From Hyaloraphidium curvatum SAG 235-1 (lineage: Eukaryota; Fungi; Monoblepharomycota), in assembly GCA_025558095.1 (NCBI GenBank), contig JAIVFI010000011.1:620001-684000 (forward strand): a DNA stretch of 64,000 nucleotides. Reading direction: 5' to 3'. Numbering within the stretch: position 1 is the stretch's first letter; each line of letters begins with the position of its first letter. The notes under the pieces were generated by a model. That model did no database searches and was not told the origin of the DNA. It saw nothing but the letters and a program-made list of their open reading frames with translations. The translations under genes were made by a program, and so were the position numbers. This document shows, piece after piece, positions 50,753 to 63,712 of this stretch.

Positions 50753-51168
50753 CTAGCTTTGCTGCCCCGCCTCTGCGCGATCGCGTCGAGCTGCGACATT
50801 GTCTGGGTCCTCCGCCGGCGTTACTTCGTCGAGATGTACGGCTCTGGCCTTGTCCAGAGTGGCTGCAGCGACTTGGTGGCGGCCAGGTTCCGACCAGTGC
50901 CTGCCGCAGCGATCAATGAACCTGCGTGGACAACGGAGTGTAGACACTACCAGTTCTCTCCATTCTCGCGGTGTTCCTTCAGCGGCACGTCCAAATCCGC
51001 AAAAGTGTAGACGCCTTTCGCTTCGGCAGGCTCGTGCGGCTGCCGCAGCGCACGGTCCCGGTCCTTCTGCTCCCGTTGCAGCTCCTCGTTCCTCCGCCGG
51101 GCTTCTTCCAATACGCGGGCGTTGTCCGGGTCCGCCGGGTCGATTGCAACGGCCTGCGCCTCTGCCAT
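50753..51168 (-). CDS. Small hypothetical protein
   Basis: MAEAQAVAIDPADPDNARVLEEARRRNEELQREQ... It needs a very short 29-nt GT-AG intron (50950-50922) to continue to the stop at 50753; otherwise it stops at 50947. Confidence 0.4.
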
Positions 51169-51280
51169 TGTGGACGCCAATGTGGTACGGGTCCGTTGTG
51201 ACTGGTGACGTGGAGCGAGCTCGCTCCGACGCGCTGGTGCGAGTCGGGCCTGCTGTCCCAAAGCGTCCGAGCTCACGCCA

Positions 51281-54200
51281 ATGGCGTCGCGGGCGGACAC
51301 GTCGAGCGGCGATGAGCATCTCGATGCGCTTCTCCACGTGCTGGGCGCGCTCAAGGAGGAGGCCGCCCCCGTGGGCCTGCAGGAGTACCGCGAGCAGGTC
51401 GCGCAGCTGCGACCGCTCGTGCGCACTATCGGCACGAAGTTCCTCGTTCGAGACGGCTCCCGTGGGCTGCTCGGCCTCGCTTCGACCGCGGACGGGCGCC
51501 TGACACCGCGTGCCGTCGCAGGGCTCGCTGTGGAGGGCCTCGCTCCGGTGACAACGGCTCTGAAGCTCATCGAGTATGCCATCGTCAAGCGGCCTGGAAT
51601 CCTCGTTGGCGTGCCCGATGCCGGCAAAGAAGGCATGGAGACTACCGGTGAATCCCAGAGGGGGACGCTCGGCGAGGAGCCGTCTCTGGCCTTCTGCGAC
51701 TGGGTCGTCCGCACGCTGGCTTCGCTGCTGGCCGAGGATCTGCCTGCAGTTGTCATCGAACAGGCCCAGGCAGTTCTGGTCAAAGTCTTTCTCGTGCTAC
51801 GGGACAATCTACGGGACTTTGCCTACTTGAGGAGGACACTTTCGGCGATGCTGGAGTGGTGCCGAGGCAAGAATAGCTCCGGGGCCGAAGAAGATCTTTG
51901 CTGACATCGCGCGTCTTTAGGATCGCAGGAATCTCTGCTTCGGTACCGGCAAAAGGGTACCGTGCTCTATGCCGCCGCGCTCGCTCCGTGGGGCGGTCTA
52001 GAGTCGGTCGAGGCTATTGCCATACGGTCGTCGTCGGCCGCGACAGCGTTCTGCGGCAGCCTCATGTCACTCATGGCTCAGGTCCTCCCACCCTTGTGGC
52101 GAGGCGTTGGTGCAGTGGACGCTGTCGCGGATGCCCTGCTGGCAATGGTTGTCCCGGACACTTTCCCGAACCAAGAGTCGGAAACCGGCACTGTGGGCTT
52201 CCTTCGGCTTCTCTCATCGCTCTTCCGAGCCATGGACCGATCCGAAGTACCCCTGTTTGTCGTGGATGAGCTCCTGCTCAAGCTTTGGGAGCTGGCATAC
52301 GGCCTATCTGTCTCGGAGACAGATGTGCCGAAGAGGGTGCAGCTTGAGGCCGCCAGTACCATGGATCATGCTCTCCGCTTTGTCGGCAAGCCGCAGCTCG
52401 ACGTGATTGGGCCCACTCTGGAAGCCACAGTGGGCGCGATGCGCAGGAGCTGTTTGGAGTCTGCTCTCAAGGCGAGGATGGTTCGCCCTCCGCGGTGCGA
52501 AACCAACCCTGACGACGTGCTCGTAGAACTCCATTTGGGCCTGGTGCAGCGACAAAGTTTCGGCAGCTGCTACACCGAGCCTCGGCCTGCCGAGCGTCAT
52601 TGCCGCCGAAGATCCTGACGAGAGCGATTCCAACAAGCGGAAGGCCGCCCCCGACGCCAAGGATGCTCGCAAAAGATACCGTGGCGCCGAAGGACCAGTT
52701 CATGTGGACACATTCAAGTACACCGCCCTCGAGGACACGGTATGTTTGTTTTTGCGTTTGTCGCATTCCTGCTGCCGTCGTGTGACTTCCTTACTCAGGA
52801 TTGGATGTCGGAAGCGAAGAGAATTCAACGCTCACTGTGGGATCTGGCGCATTCGTCTGCAGAACCGTCTGAGTTCGAGGAGGTATGCCGCTCTTGGTGC
52901 GACTTCGCCGCCGGCCTCGTCGGCACTGCATTCGCGGTAGGGCTCCGCATCTCGACGGTGCTGCACGTTATTGATTGGTCGATCAGGATCCTGTGGGAGC
53001 TGCTAGGAACATCCCGTGGGGTCTGGTTCGTGACTGTGTTGACCTGCTCATTGCGATAGCGGACAAGAATGAAGCTCCAAAGGACGGAGCGCCGGCTTGG
53101 CATTCCTCTGCGGTGCTGCTCTCCCTTCCGTTTCTCAAGGACGTCGATTGCACGTTCGATGTGGAGAACGAAGCTCCGTACATGGAGAGATCCACATCGA
53201 TCTCAATGGCGATCTGTGCGATGTTCGCGGATGGCGACTGGCGAGGCAATGTGCCTCAGCTCGTGCACAGGGTTTCAGAGGCGCTGTCTCCGCTAGCTGC
53301 GGCGCACTTGGAGATGCTGTGCCGGCTGCCAGAGCGTTCGACTCCGTACCTCAGATCTCTGCTGCGCGACATTCTGTCGTCCGCTACAACCTCCGGTGCG
53401 CCCGGGCTTGTTGCATCATCTTGGAGGGGTTTGGAAGCTTTGCTTGCCAAAGGAACAGGCATTGATTCGAATCTGTTGGCATTCTACAAGTACGTTCCTT
53501 CGTTTACGACGCTCAACGCGCTAACGTGTTCGTGAAGACTTCCTGAAGAACCCAGCGCCTCTAATCTCACGACCATTGCGTCGGTCGTTGGATGCATCAT
53601 TTGCGCCTCGGTGCAAGATGGAGTTCCGTTCTGCAGACGGTGCGCTCCTTCCACTCATTCTTCTCGCCTACACCACCAAGGCATCAACAATCTGCGGCCG
53701 TGGCTGGATGCATTTGTGCCACAGTTGGCTTCTCTTTTGGCGTCGTCCGGGGAGGCAGGCCTCGCGATGGACTTGCTCCAGCGCTACGCTGCCCATTCGG
53801 GTGCCCTGCCGGGCAATGGAAGCGAAGCGCTTGTCAGTACGCTGGTGCCCACTTTCGGCAACCTGCAATCCACTGATCGGGGGTACAGACTTGCGTGGGT
53901 GCCGCCTTCTTCCCGTTCATTGTCCTCGCTGATTCGGCAACCAGGGCCGGGGCCGTGCTCGAGCCGCACGCTCGTGGGGCATCGCCGGACCTTTTGCGAA
54001 ATCTGGCGGACCAGCTCCCACAGGCGAACGCCACAATCCTCCAGGTATATTGCCTTGCCTCGGAAGCATGGTGAGTCTTGCCACAGGTGCGCCTGTGAGA
54101 CCTGAAAATGAATTTGTTCATGCAGCCGGGCGAGAGCATTTAAAGGCGACGGACTTGTACTCAAGTTGATTGACTTGCTTGGCACGGAGAGCTTCATCGT

Positions 54201-57200
54201 TCGCCAACTCGTGTTCGAGCAGGTATGTTGCCTTATAATGGATCGACCGGCAGCCCAATTGATGGTCGGATGCAGATGCATCGAATCGCTCGCCACCACG
54301 AGCTGCAGACCAAAGCTCTGTTGCAGCCCCTGCTCCCGGATCTGAGTGTGCAATTGATTGGAATCATTGGCACGCAGTCGCAAACGGTCAAGGACGTCTC
54401 GGAAAGACTCTTGAATCTGAGCATCAAGGATTTTCTGGAGCGCACGTTGCGGTACACGCTCCCGCACCTGGTCCTTCAGCGAAACAGCGACGCTCTGGCA
54501 CAACTGGCATCTGTGCTCAAGACGGATGGTGCAATGCTTTGCGTTGAGCATGCACACCATATTCTTGCGAAGCTCTTCATGGAGGACGAGTTTGAAGGCT
54601 CGATCGCGTACTTGCTTTCCCTGGTGTCGCCGGATGGTGCTATCAGCCGCTTCAACCTTGTAAAGGCGTGCGCTCTGGATCTCATTGCCGCTTTGACGTT
54701 TGAGCTCGGATCTGGATCGGCCGCGCGGCAATCGACGGTGAATTGCGATCGGTCGTGGACGCTGAACGAAATCTTAGCCTGGGTCCATGACAGGTCACCA
54801 GAGCTCTGGAAACTGTTCAGCGTGAACTCAACGCAGACAGGTCGATCGGGATATCTGCCACTGGCCCCGCTTCGCTCGCCAAGTTTCTCGGACACCATTT
54901 CCTCGGCATTCTGGCGTACGCTAACGCTCAAGTCCGGAACGAAACGGTCTCTGTATCCTCAAGGACTGCTGTTCTGCGGAGCCTCGCTGTGGTAATAAAG
55001 CTGTTGGGCCCCGGCGTCACCATTTTCACCTCGCAGGTGCGATATGCTTTCCGTTATGCAGCTTTTGGCGTTGAAGCTCAATTTCGTTGCAGCTCCTTGC
55101 CGCATTTCAAGCGTCTCTGGCGATTCCCGAGCTGCGGAGCGCGTGTCTTGATGGTTGGGATGCGTTGCTACACACGCTTGATGCGGCTACCCTGGGACCA
55201 AACCTCGGGCACGTTATCCTCGCTTTGACCTCCCAGGGGAACCTGGACGACGCTCATCGAAAGCGGATTGTGGCAATTCTTCGCCGGACATTGGAGGGCT
55301 CCTCTGTGTCATTAGGCCGCGTCTTGCCGGACATGGTCGTGCAACCAACCGACCGGGCTTTCCGCGAAGCCTTGAAGCCATGGACTACTGATGTCGGCCA
55401 GCTGGCTCTCCCCGATGCGCTTCGGAAGCTTCTTACTGCTTGCGGCAAAGAGTCACCCTTGGTAGTGGAGAATGCTGTCCTCCAGCTCCGTGACCTGATG
55501 CGGGCCAGTGAAGCGTGGCTCGCCTCGACGGTCCTGTCGGATTCGCCGGATCCGGTGGTCAGCGACCTGGTGCCTACTCTGTTCGAAACCTGCCACCGTT
55601 TCCGTGAGGAAAGCGAACCCATCGTCAGGCTCTGCGGGGATTGCATTGGCATTGTAGGCGCCATCGACCCGGCCAGGCTGAGCTCAGGGGGGAAGGACGA
55701 CTTTGAACTCGTCGTGGAGAGCTTTGGTGCTCACAGAGACGCAGTCGCGTTCGTATGCCGCATGCTCGAGAGGCAGCTCGTCCCTGCCTTCAAGTCTTCG
55801 CAGGATCCTGTCTACCAGGACCCCGTTGCGTATGCTATTCAAGAGCTTCTGTCTTTCTGTGGCTTCACTAAGGACACTCCTACCCTCAACCCTGCGGTCG
55901 ATTCGCTTGCCAAGATGTGGCATGACTTCAGTCCCGGGGTGGCGCAGGCCATCCGCCCCCTGCTGGATTCGCGGTACTCGGTAGCTCCCTACCCCAAGCG
56001 ACCGGTCACGTACCCTATTTTCAGGTCACGGACAACGCACAGGGATTGGACGAGGACACTCGCCTTGGATTTGATTCCAAGGGTCGTTGGCAGCAACGCG
56101 CAGAAGATCTTTTCCGTGTGCGAGAGCGTCGTTCGCAACGATGTCTTTGGCTTTTCGTCCTTTTTGCTGCCCCACATGGTTCTCAACATCGTGCTTTGCG
56201 GCACAGCTGCGGACAAGGACCAGCTGGCGATCGAGATCCTGGCTTTGGTGGAAGAAGCAGCGACGACCAGCGATCCAGATGACAACCTGCAGAGAATGTG
56301 TCAGGTGAGTGCTTATGGCTCCATGCGCACATGTTTCCTCCAGCCCTAGATGTCGTAGACCACCTTCTCCCTTTTGGACCACTTGAATGCGTGGATGAGG
56401 TCAAAGTATGCCGCTCGGAGTCGTCTTCGTCCCTCTCGGGCCGGCGGAGCGGCCGATCCGGTCGGTGATCAGCAGCTGGCAGATGCACACGACTTCCTCG
56501 GTCGTGTTCCGCACAACGTTCTCGCTCACGCATCACTCAACTGCAAATCCTACTCCCGCGCACTGAAGCACGTGGAGCTTCACATCCGGGAAGAGGAGCG
56601 CAAGAAATCGGGCGATGACAGGGTCCTACCATGGTTGGGATTGCAGCTCAGGCTTCTTGCAAATCTGGACGATGCCGATTCCATGGAGGGTGTCTCGGAA
56701 AAGGTCACGATGCCGGCCATGGATCAGGAGGTTCTCCAGCATGAAGCGGCAGGACGGTGGACCGCTGCGCAGTCCTGCTACGAGATGCTGTTGCAGAGCG
56801 ACGCGGGAGTGCTCGATCACCACTTGGGGCTGATGAAGTGCCAGCGTCAATTGGGCCATTTTGGTTTGTTCTGTGTTCGTCGAGCTTGCGCAATCTTTCT
56901 GAAGCGGTCCCCGCCTCGTTGCCTAGAATCACTGCTGGCCCACGTGAATGGGACCTTGGCGGAGCATCCGGAATGGTCGCGGACCTTGAACGCTCACCGG
57001 ATCGAGGCTTCCTGGCGGCTCGGCAGCTGGGACTCGCTGGATCGTTTCCTCGAATCCGATTTCGAGCCGCGGTTTGAAGCCTCCGTCGGCGGCTTGTTGA
57101 GCGCCATCACCAAAGACGACAAGGCAGCCTTCGAGAGACAGATATCCGCGCTTCGAGCGCAGCTGTCGGGGGCGTTTTCATCATCCATCTCGGGCACGTA

Positions 57201-60200
57201 CGCGCAGAGCTACGATATTGCATTGAAGCTGCATATGCTGGAAGACGTGCAGAGCTTCTATGAAGGCTTTGGCGCCGAAGGCGGACCGCCCGACAGACTG
57301 CAGAACCTAGTCAAGCTCTTTGAGAGCAGAGTCGACATCACGGTTCCGTCGCATCGAGTTCAAGAGCCCCTCTTGGATTTGCGCAGGGCGTTACTGGGTG
57401 CCATGTGTGGATTTGACGGCACGATTGCAGCAGACACTTGGCTGACTGCGTCACTGGACAGCTCTACCCGAATGCATGCGGTCAACTCAACTCAGCACAT
57501 GGCTGGTGTTCATCTGGAAACGGGTCGCCTGTGGCTCAAGAGCGCCAAGATCGCTCGGAAGGCTGGATACTTCCAGGCCGCCTACAGCGATATCCTTCAC
57601 GCGGCAAAGGTGGATGCGCCGTTTTTGCAAGTCGAGAAGGCCAAATGGATGTGGAGCCAAGGTGACAAGTACCGGGCGCTGACGGACCTCAACCGTTTCG
57701 TCCAATCGCGCGCTGCTGGTTCGGATGCTGCTCAGGGTCAGCCCGGGAACAGCCTTGCGACACAGCCGGCCCGCTTCCTGGATCCTACCTCGGACAAGTT
57801 TGTGCGCGCCAAGGTGAGCGTAGTCGGCAGTTTTGCGGCGGAAACGCTCCAACTTGGGTCAAGGGTCACCTCCTTCTGGCGCGCTGGATGGAAGAGACCA
57901 GCGGAGGTCAGACGTCCGCCGTCATTGCGCAATATGAGAAAACCACCCGAGAGCACGCGTGAGTTCTCGGTGCGCCAGGCTGGCTTTAGTTTCTAATGAC
58001 GACTGCAAGATGGGAGAAGGTCTACTTCTACTTGGGGCGCTACTACATCAAGCTCCTCGAGAACGAGAGGGCTAAAGAAGCGGCCGCATCCAAGAGCAAT
58101 CCTGGGCAGCGCTCGTCGGACAGGTGCAGATTGCCACTGACTGCGCCGGCACTGCTTGCTGACGCTAGTTGCAGCTATGCGATGACGTTGCAGATCGTCA
58201 AGATGTTTTCCAGAGCTCTACAGCACGGCACAAAGTACATCTACCAAACGATGCCTCGCATGCTCACGCTTTATCTTGATCTCGGCAACATCGCGGGCAT
58301 GACCTCTTACGAAGCCAAGTAGGGAAGGGTCGCCGTCGGTGTTTGAGTCTCATCTGACCGGTTCGCAAAGCCAACCGCAGCAGTCCAAGGATCAGACTTT
58401 CCACGCAATGAACAAGCATATGCGGAAGGTCGTCGGCTACCTTCCTGCGTATCAGGTATGCCCGTCACACGGAGCCTACTCTCGGTCGATTCGCTAAGCA
58501 ACGACGCAGTTCCTGTCCGCTTTCCCTCAGATTCTGTCTCAGATTTGCCACCGCAACCCGCTCGTCTTTTCTGTTTTGGAGACCATCATGATCAATGTGC
58601 TTACCGCATACCCACAGCAAGGGCTGTGGCAGCTCATTCCGGTCTCGAAGAGCACTTTCAGCGCGCGGGCCAAGCGGGGCGAGCAGGTCTTGAACAAGAT
58701 CAAGGTACAGATCTTTGCTCGATCACGTTCCTTGCAGCTTCTGATCCCGACGTCCTTAGAGTGATCCCGTCTCGAGGCAGTACTCTTTGGTGACCCTTGA
58801 AAAGCAGATTGAGGCGAGTCTTGTCGATGCTCCGCACTCCAAATCCCGGCTAAAATGCTGCTTCCTCATTGTGCAGGAATTCAGGAGGATCACGGATGAG
58901 CTGCTACATCTCGCCCAATACAAGGATGTTGCAAACCCGAAGGCCACGAGCTTCAGCATCAGCCGGGACTTCAAGAACCTTCACAAGGCTTCTCACCTCA
59001 GCATGATTGTTCCAATGCAGTCGCTCATGTCGGTCAACATGCCTTCGGATAACCAGACGGTTGCCAACCACTCGCCTTTCGGGAAAGACTTGGTCACGAT
59101 CCAACGTAGGTGCCGCCGTGCTTCTCGCGGTTTGCAGCTCTTCAAGTCCGCGACAGGTTTCATGGACGAGGTGGAGGTAATGCCGTCCCTCGTCAAGCCC
59201 AAGAAGATCGCCATTTTGGGAAGCGACGGGAAGAAGTACTTTTTCCTGTGCAAGCCTTCCGACGACCTCAGAAAGGACGCGCGGTTGATGGAGTTCAACA
59301 CCCTGGTCAACCGGCTGCTGAAGAAGAATCCGGAAACACGGAAGCGGCGGTTGTGTGAGTGTTCTGTGGGCGTCGAGAGCATGCCGGACTCAAGACTCGA
59401 GCCGTGCAGACATCCGGACCTACTTCGTCACACCGTTGAACGAAGATTCGGGGATGATCGAATGGGTGAACAACCTTGTTGGCTTCCGAAACATCATCGC
59501 GAACCACTGGAGCAGGAGGAGCCTTCAAGTGCACGTAGGTTTTCGGCGTTCGCTCTTTGGTCCCCTCCAAACACTGTTCTACAGGCTCAGGAAGTGAAGG
59601 ACGCTTTCGAGAGACAGGTCAAGGCCGAGAAGGACAATCGTCCGAAAGATGCGGTGGCCTCGTTCAAGGCACTGTTGCTGAGGTGAGTGCTCTTCCCTCC
59701 GACCACGGCGGCGCTAACGGGCCACCTGCAGATACCCGCCCGTGTTCCACGAATGGTTCCTGGAAACGTTCCCTGAGCCGAACGCGTGGCTCGCAGCCCG
59801 TACGGCCTACACTCGGACCTGCGCCGCGATTTCGATGGTCGGATACGTCGTCGGTCTCGGGGATCGCCACGGCGAGAACATCCTTTTCGATTCCACAAAC
59901 GGTGACACAGTTCACGTCGATCTGAACTGCCTCTTCGAGAAGGTGAGCCGATCATACGTGCCGCGCGTTCCACGCGTTGCACTAACGTCCCTGTGTTCCT
60001 TAGGGCCTGACCTTTGAGCGGCCAGAGAGAGTGCCATTCCGCCTCACCCAGAACATGGTCGACGGATTCGGCACGACTGGCGTCGAGGGGATGTTCCGCA
60101 AGTCCTGCGAAGAAACCATGCGCGTTCTGCGAACCAACAAGGACTCTCTGATGAGTGTGCTCGAGACCTTCACGCACGACCCGCTCCTGGAGTGGAAGAA

Positions 60201-60487
60201 GGCCAAAATGGTGCGTGCGCAAGTCGCAGCATCTATTCCGACGCTCACGAACGACACCTTAGGTTCAAGAACGCGACTCGCTTGAGGTCCGCAACGAGTC
60301 TGCCATACGGAGCTTGGCCGCGATCAAGACCAAGCTGGACGGCATCATCTCCAGCAAGAGCAGCTCGTCCGCCGCAGGATCGGGGCTCCCGCTTTCCGTC
60401 GAGGGCCAGGTCCGCGAGCTCATCAGCAGCGCGACCGACCTCTTCAATCTCAGCATGATGTACGTAGGATGGGCGTCGCACTTGTAA
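51281..60487 (+). CDS. MEC1: Serine/threonine PIKK kinase ATR/Mec1/Rad3
   Basis: HEAT/UME region, FAT domain, kinase motifs [45 protein letters not shown], and FATC ...[12 protein letters not shown]; about 20 introns. Confidence 0.95.
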
Positions 60488-60580
60488 TGTATGTGCGGAA
60501 ACGACCAGCGAGATTCGAGCCGACGTTCACGCGGCTCGCGATCACACTCGCTCCATGATCAGGCCGCTGGCACTACGCGG

Positions 60581-61179
60581 ATGTCCTACTTCGCGATCGT
60601 TGGAACGCGTGATGGTCCAATATTCGAGGCCGATTTCGGCCCGACGCGGCCGGACGTGCCGGCGCGAATGAAAGAGGAGAACAAGCATTTGAACCAGTTC
60701 ATCGTCCACGCTGCACTCGACATGGTGGACGAGATCATGTGGAACACGAAGGAAATGTACGCTGTGTACGCTTCCTTACCTGGCGGTCGGCTCACTCCCC
60801 GACCGCGATGGACGCGTCGCTTGGGCAGGTACCTGAAGACGGTGGACAAGTTCAACGAGTGGTTCGTCTCTGCCTACGTGACCGCGACCGGTATGCCCCG
60901 AATTCGAGCTCAACGAGAGCCGTTCCTTACCTGGGCGCAAGGGATGAGGTTCATGCTGCTGCACGAAGCTTTAAAATCGGACGACATCAAGAACTTCTTC
61001 TTCGAATGCCACGAGCTCTATCTCAAGGTCTGGAGCCTCTCGAAGCATCTACAGATACAGCGACTGACAAGCAGGCACGCCAGACCCTGCTGAACCCCCT
61101 GTACGACATCAACGCGCCCATCCTGTCTCCCATGTTCGAGACGAAAGTCCGAGCTCTTCACAAAAAGTACCTCACTTGA
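60581..61179 (+). CDS. TRS20: TRAPP complex subunit Trs20/TRAPPC2 (sedlin)
   Basis: [56 protein letters not shown]; 3 introns. Confidence 0.93.
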
Positions 61180-61287
61180 CCGTGACTCCAGGAAAAGGCG
61201 AGACATCGCGCCGATGCAGTTGGCCGGCCGCGGCCCACATACCGGGTGATGAGGTCGCAATGAGCCTGCCACCGCACACGGTACCCG

Positions 61288-62526
61288 TTACACGGTCACG
61301 AGGATGATTCCTCCTCGCCCATCCTTCATGGTTCCGAGGGAGTAACGGTAACCTTGCGTGGCAAGGAACCCTTCGACTGGTTTGGCGAGCTGGAGGCCAC
61401 GGGCCGAGTGATTGCCGGAGCCAATGATTATCTTCAGCGTCCCCGTGGCGCGCCGGTCTGCCAGCATATTCAGATGCGATTGGAGGGCGTTCACCGCTTC
61501 CTGGGGATGCAGGCCGTGCAAATCGAGCTCCATGAGGCTTCCACCCGAGTTTCGCTGCTGTAGAATCTCCTCGGCCGCCTCGCCATGGAGCGTCTGGACC
61601 ACCTCGTTGAGCTCCCGCCCGCGCCGGGCCATCTCGGCGGCCGCAGCGCCCGCTCCCCTGCGGTAGAGCTCGGCGGCAAGCTGGAAGTAGCGGTTGCGGA
61701 TCGCAGCTTGCTGGAACGCGTGTTTCCGGGCCTCCAGATAGAGCCTCTCCACGTTTGCCCCGGTGGCCCGCCACGAAAGGTCGCGGTCGTCCACCTTGAC
61801 GGGCCGTTTTGCATGCCTCGGTTCGGCGGCTGCTCCAGATCGGGCTCCTGGCCCGGCGTGGGTTTCCGTCTTCGTTCTGCCCGCGAACGCGTTCGACGGG
61901 AACAAGAATCCTGTTTGAGGAGGTCCCCGTGGAGCCTTTGTGTGAACGTTCCCGGCGGGCAGGGCCGGAAAGTCGTCCGCAGAGGGCAAAGCGTAGGCAC
62001 GCGGCGTCTTTGAATAGTCCTTTTCGGCAGGAGCTACGGAATCGAAAGAGATGTCGTGACGGAACTCGCACCGCGACCCCTTCAGACAGCCGCCGGGAGA
62101 CAGATTGAAGCGGCAAATGAAATCGTCCATGGCATGTGAGAAGAGGCAATCCGATCGCGCACAATGTCCTGCGAGCAGGTGACGGCAGACGGCTTTCTTG
62201 GGTTTGCCGGACTGCGCCCCAACGCCGAACAACTCGTCCATAGTCCGTGACAGGCTGAAGTTGTTGCCGGCAAGCACCGTGGACAGCTTCCGTGAGTCCA
62301 CGTCCGGAAAGCAGGACGCGAGCATGTCCAGCGGCGACAGCACATGCATATGGCTCCCCTGCCCGTCATCCTGCCAAAGATCCTCGTCCTCGTTGTCTGC
62401 CAAGTCCGCAAGAGCATCTTCCTTGTCCGAAGCCGGGCCATCGTCAATCCGGGCTGCAGCTGGGTACGCGAAACTCTCCGGCGCGAATTCCGCCACATCG
62501 TCCAGATTCAGGCCAGAGAACGCCAT
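61288..62526 (-). CDS. Smr-domain protein with CUE-like, two CCCH zinc fingers and DUF1771
   Basis: CRHLLAGHCARSDCLFSH, CRFNL..GCLKGSRCEFRH, LDLHGLH, IIIGSGNHS. The start could lie further upstream. Confidence 0.88.
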   Translation of the reverse strand: MAFSGLNLDDVAEFAPESFAYPAAARIDDGPASDKEDALADLADNEDEDLWQDDGQGSHMHVLSPLDMLASCFPDVDSRKLSTVLAGNNFSLSRTMDELFGVGAQSGKPKKAVCRHLLAGHCARSDCLFSHAMDDFICRFNLSPGGCLKGSRCEFRHDISFDSVAPAEKDYSKTPRAYALPSADDFPALPAGNVHTKAPRGPPQTGFLFPSNAFAGRTKTETHAGPGARSGAAAEPRHAKRPVKVDDRDLSWRATGANVERLYLEARKHAFQQAAIRNRYFQLAAELYRRGAGAAAAEMARRGRELNEVVQTLHGEAAEEILQQRNSGGSLMELDLHGLHPQEAVNALQSHLNMLADRRATGTLKIIIGSGNHSARGLQLAKPVEGFLATQGYRYSLGTMKDGRGGIILVTV

Positions 62527-62712
62527 TCGACGGCGATTGCCGACTTCAGAACAAGACAGAGATCAGTGCCTGGCCGAAGCGGCCCCTGCCCCTTTGCCAG
62601 GGATCCGGGGGCAAATAGCGAGGGCGTCGGGCAAAGGCATGCTCAAAGGTGCGCAAGTATAGTCCACCACGCCGCGTGAACTGTCCCGAGTTTCGCCTCG
62701 CTGACGGTAGCC

Positions 62713-63454
62713 ATGCCCCTCCGTCTTGCGCCTTTGGCGCGCGCCTCGGCCGCGCTCCTGCGCCCCGCGTTTGCCGCCCCGCGGACCGCGTTTGCGCGCG
62801 CCGCCCGGCCCGCGGCGTTCGCGCGGACATACGGTGAAGCCTTGGCGCGCCAATGCCCCCGATTGAGCTAACAGAACGCCATGCGGATGTCATGTCGTGC
62901 TCGTTTTGCAGCCACGCGAAAGTACACGCCGGAGCACGAATGGGTGGAGGTGACGGACGGCATCGCTACCGTCGGGATCACGGACTACGCTCAGAAGGCG
63001 CTCGGGGACGTCGTCTACATCGAAGTGCCCCAGGTCGGCAAGAAGGTCGCGAAGAAAGGTGGCATCTGCCTTGTTGGCGTTGGAACTCTGCTGATCCCGG
63101 CCTTTCTCGCACGTGGAACTCGGACCTTCCCTTCTCGGCCCGGTCTCCCTGGCGTCTGCGTACATGCTTCGGCAGATATGATCGGTGCTGTTGAAAGTGT
63201 GAAGGCGGCGTCGGACATCTACGCTCCCCTGTCCGGAGAGGTCGTGGAGGCAAACTCCGAGCTGGAGGGGTCGCCGAGCCTGATCAACGAGGAGCCCTAC
63301 GGCCAGGGTGGGTCGACAGGAAAAGTAGTCTTTGAACCAGGCTAATGCCTTTTACGACGTAGGTTGGCTGTGCAAGATGAAGATTTCCGACCCGGCCGAG
63401 CTCGAGGGCCTGATGGACGACGCTGCATACGAGAAGCACACGGCTTCGGACTGA
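62713..63454 (+). CDS. GCV3: Glycine cleavage system H protein, mitochondrial
   Basis: Presequence, KYTPEHEW, VGITDYAQKALGDVVYIE, lipoyl site VESVKAASD, GWLCKM; 3 introns. Confidence 0.95.
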
Positions 63455-63712
63455 ACTGCCATTTACATCTCACTCCATTTGCATCCTGCATGTGACTTGC
63501 TCGCCTTCGAAGACTTTTCGGTTGGGGTTGGGGGCGGTTCAAGGAGACCGGGCAGCCGGTTCGGTAGACAGAGGGCAGGTTGCTATGTATATGGGTACCG
63601 GGCGGACCCAAGGACACTGCTGCCATCTCCTTCAGCTTTGGCGAAGAATCTGCCAATTCGAAAAGGGCAGATCGTGGTTGTGGCGGGGTCGTTCGTCCCC
63701 CAGTTCCGATCA

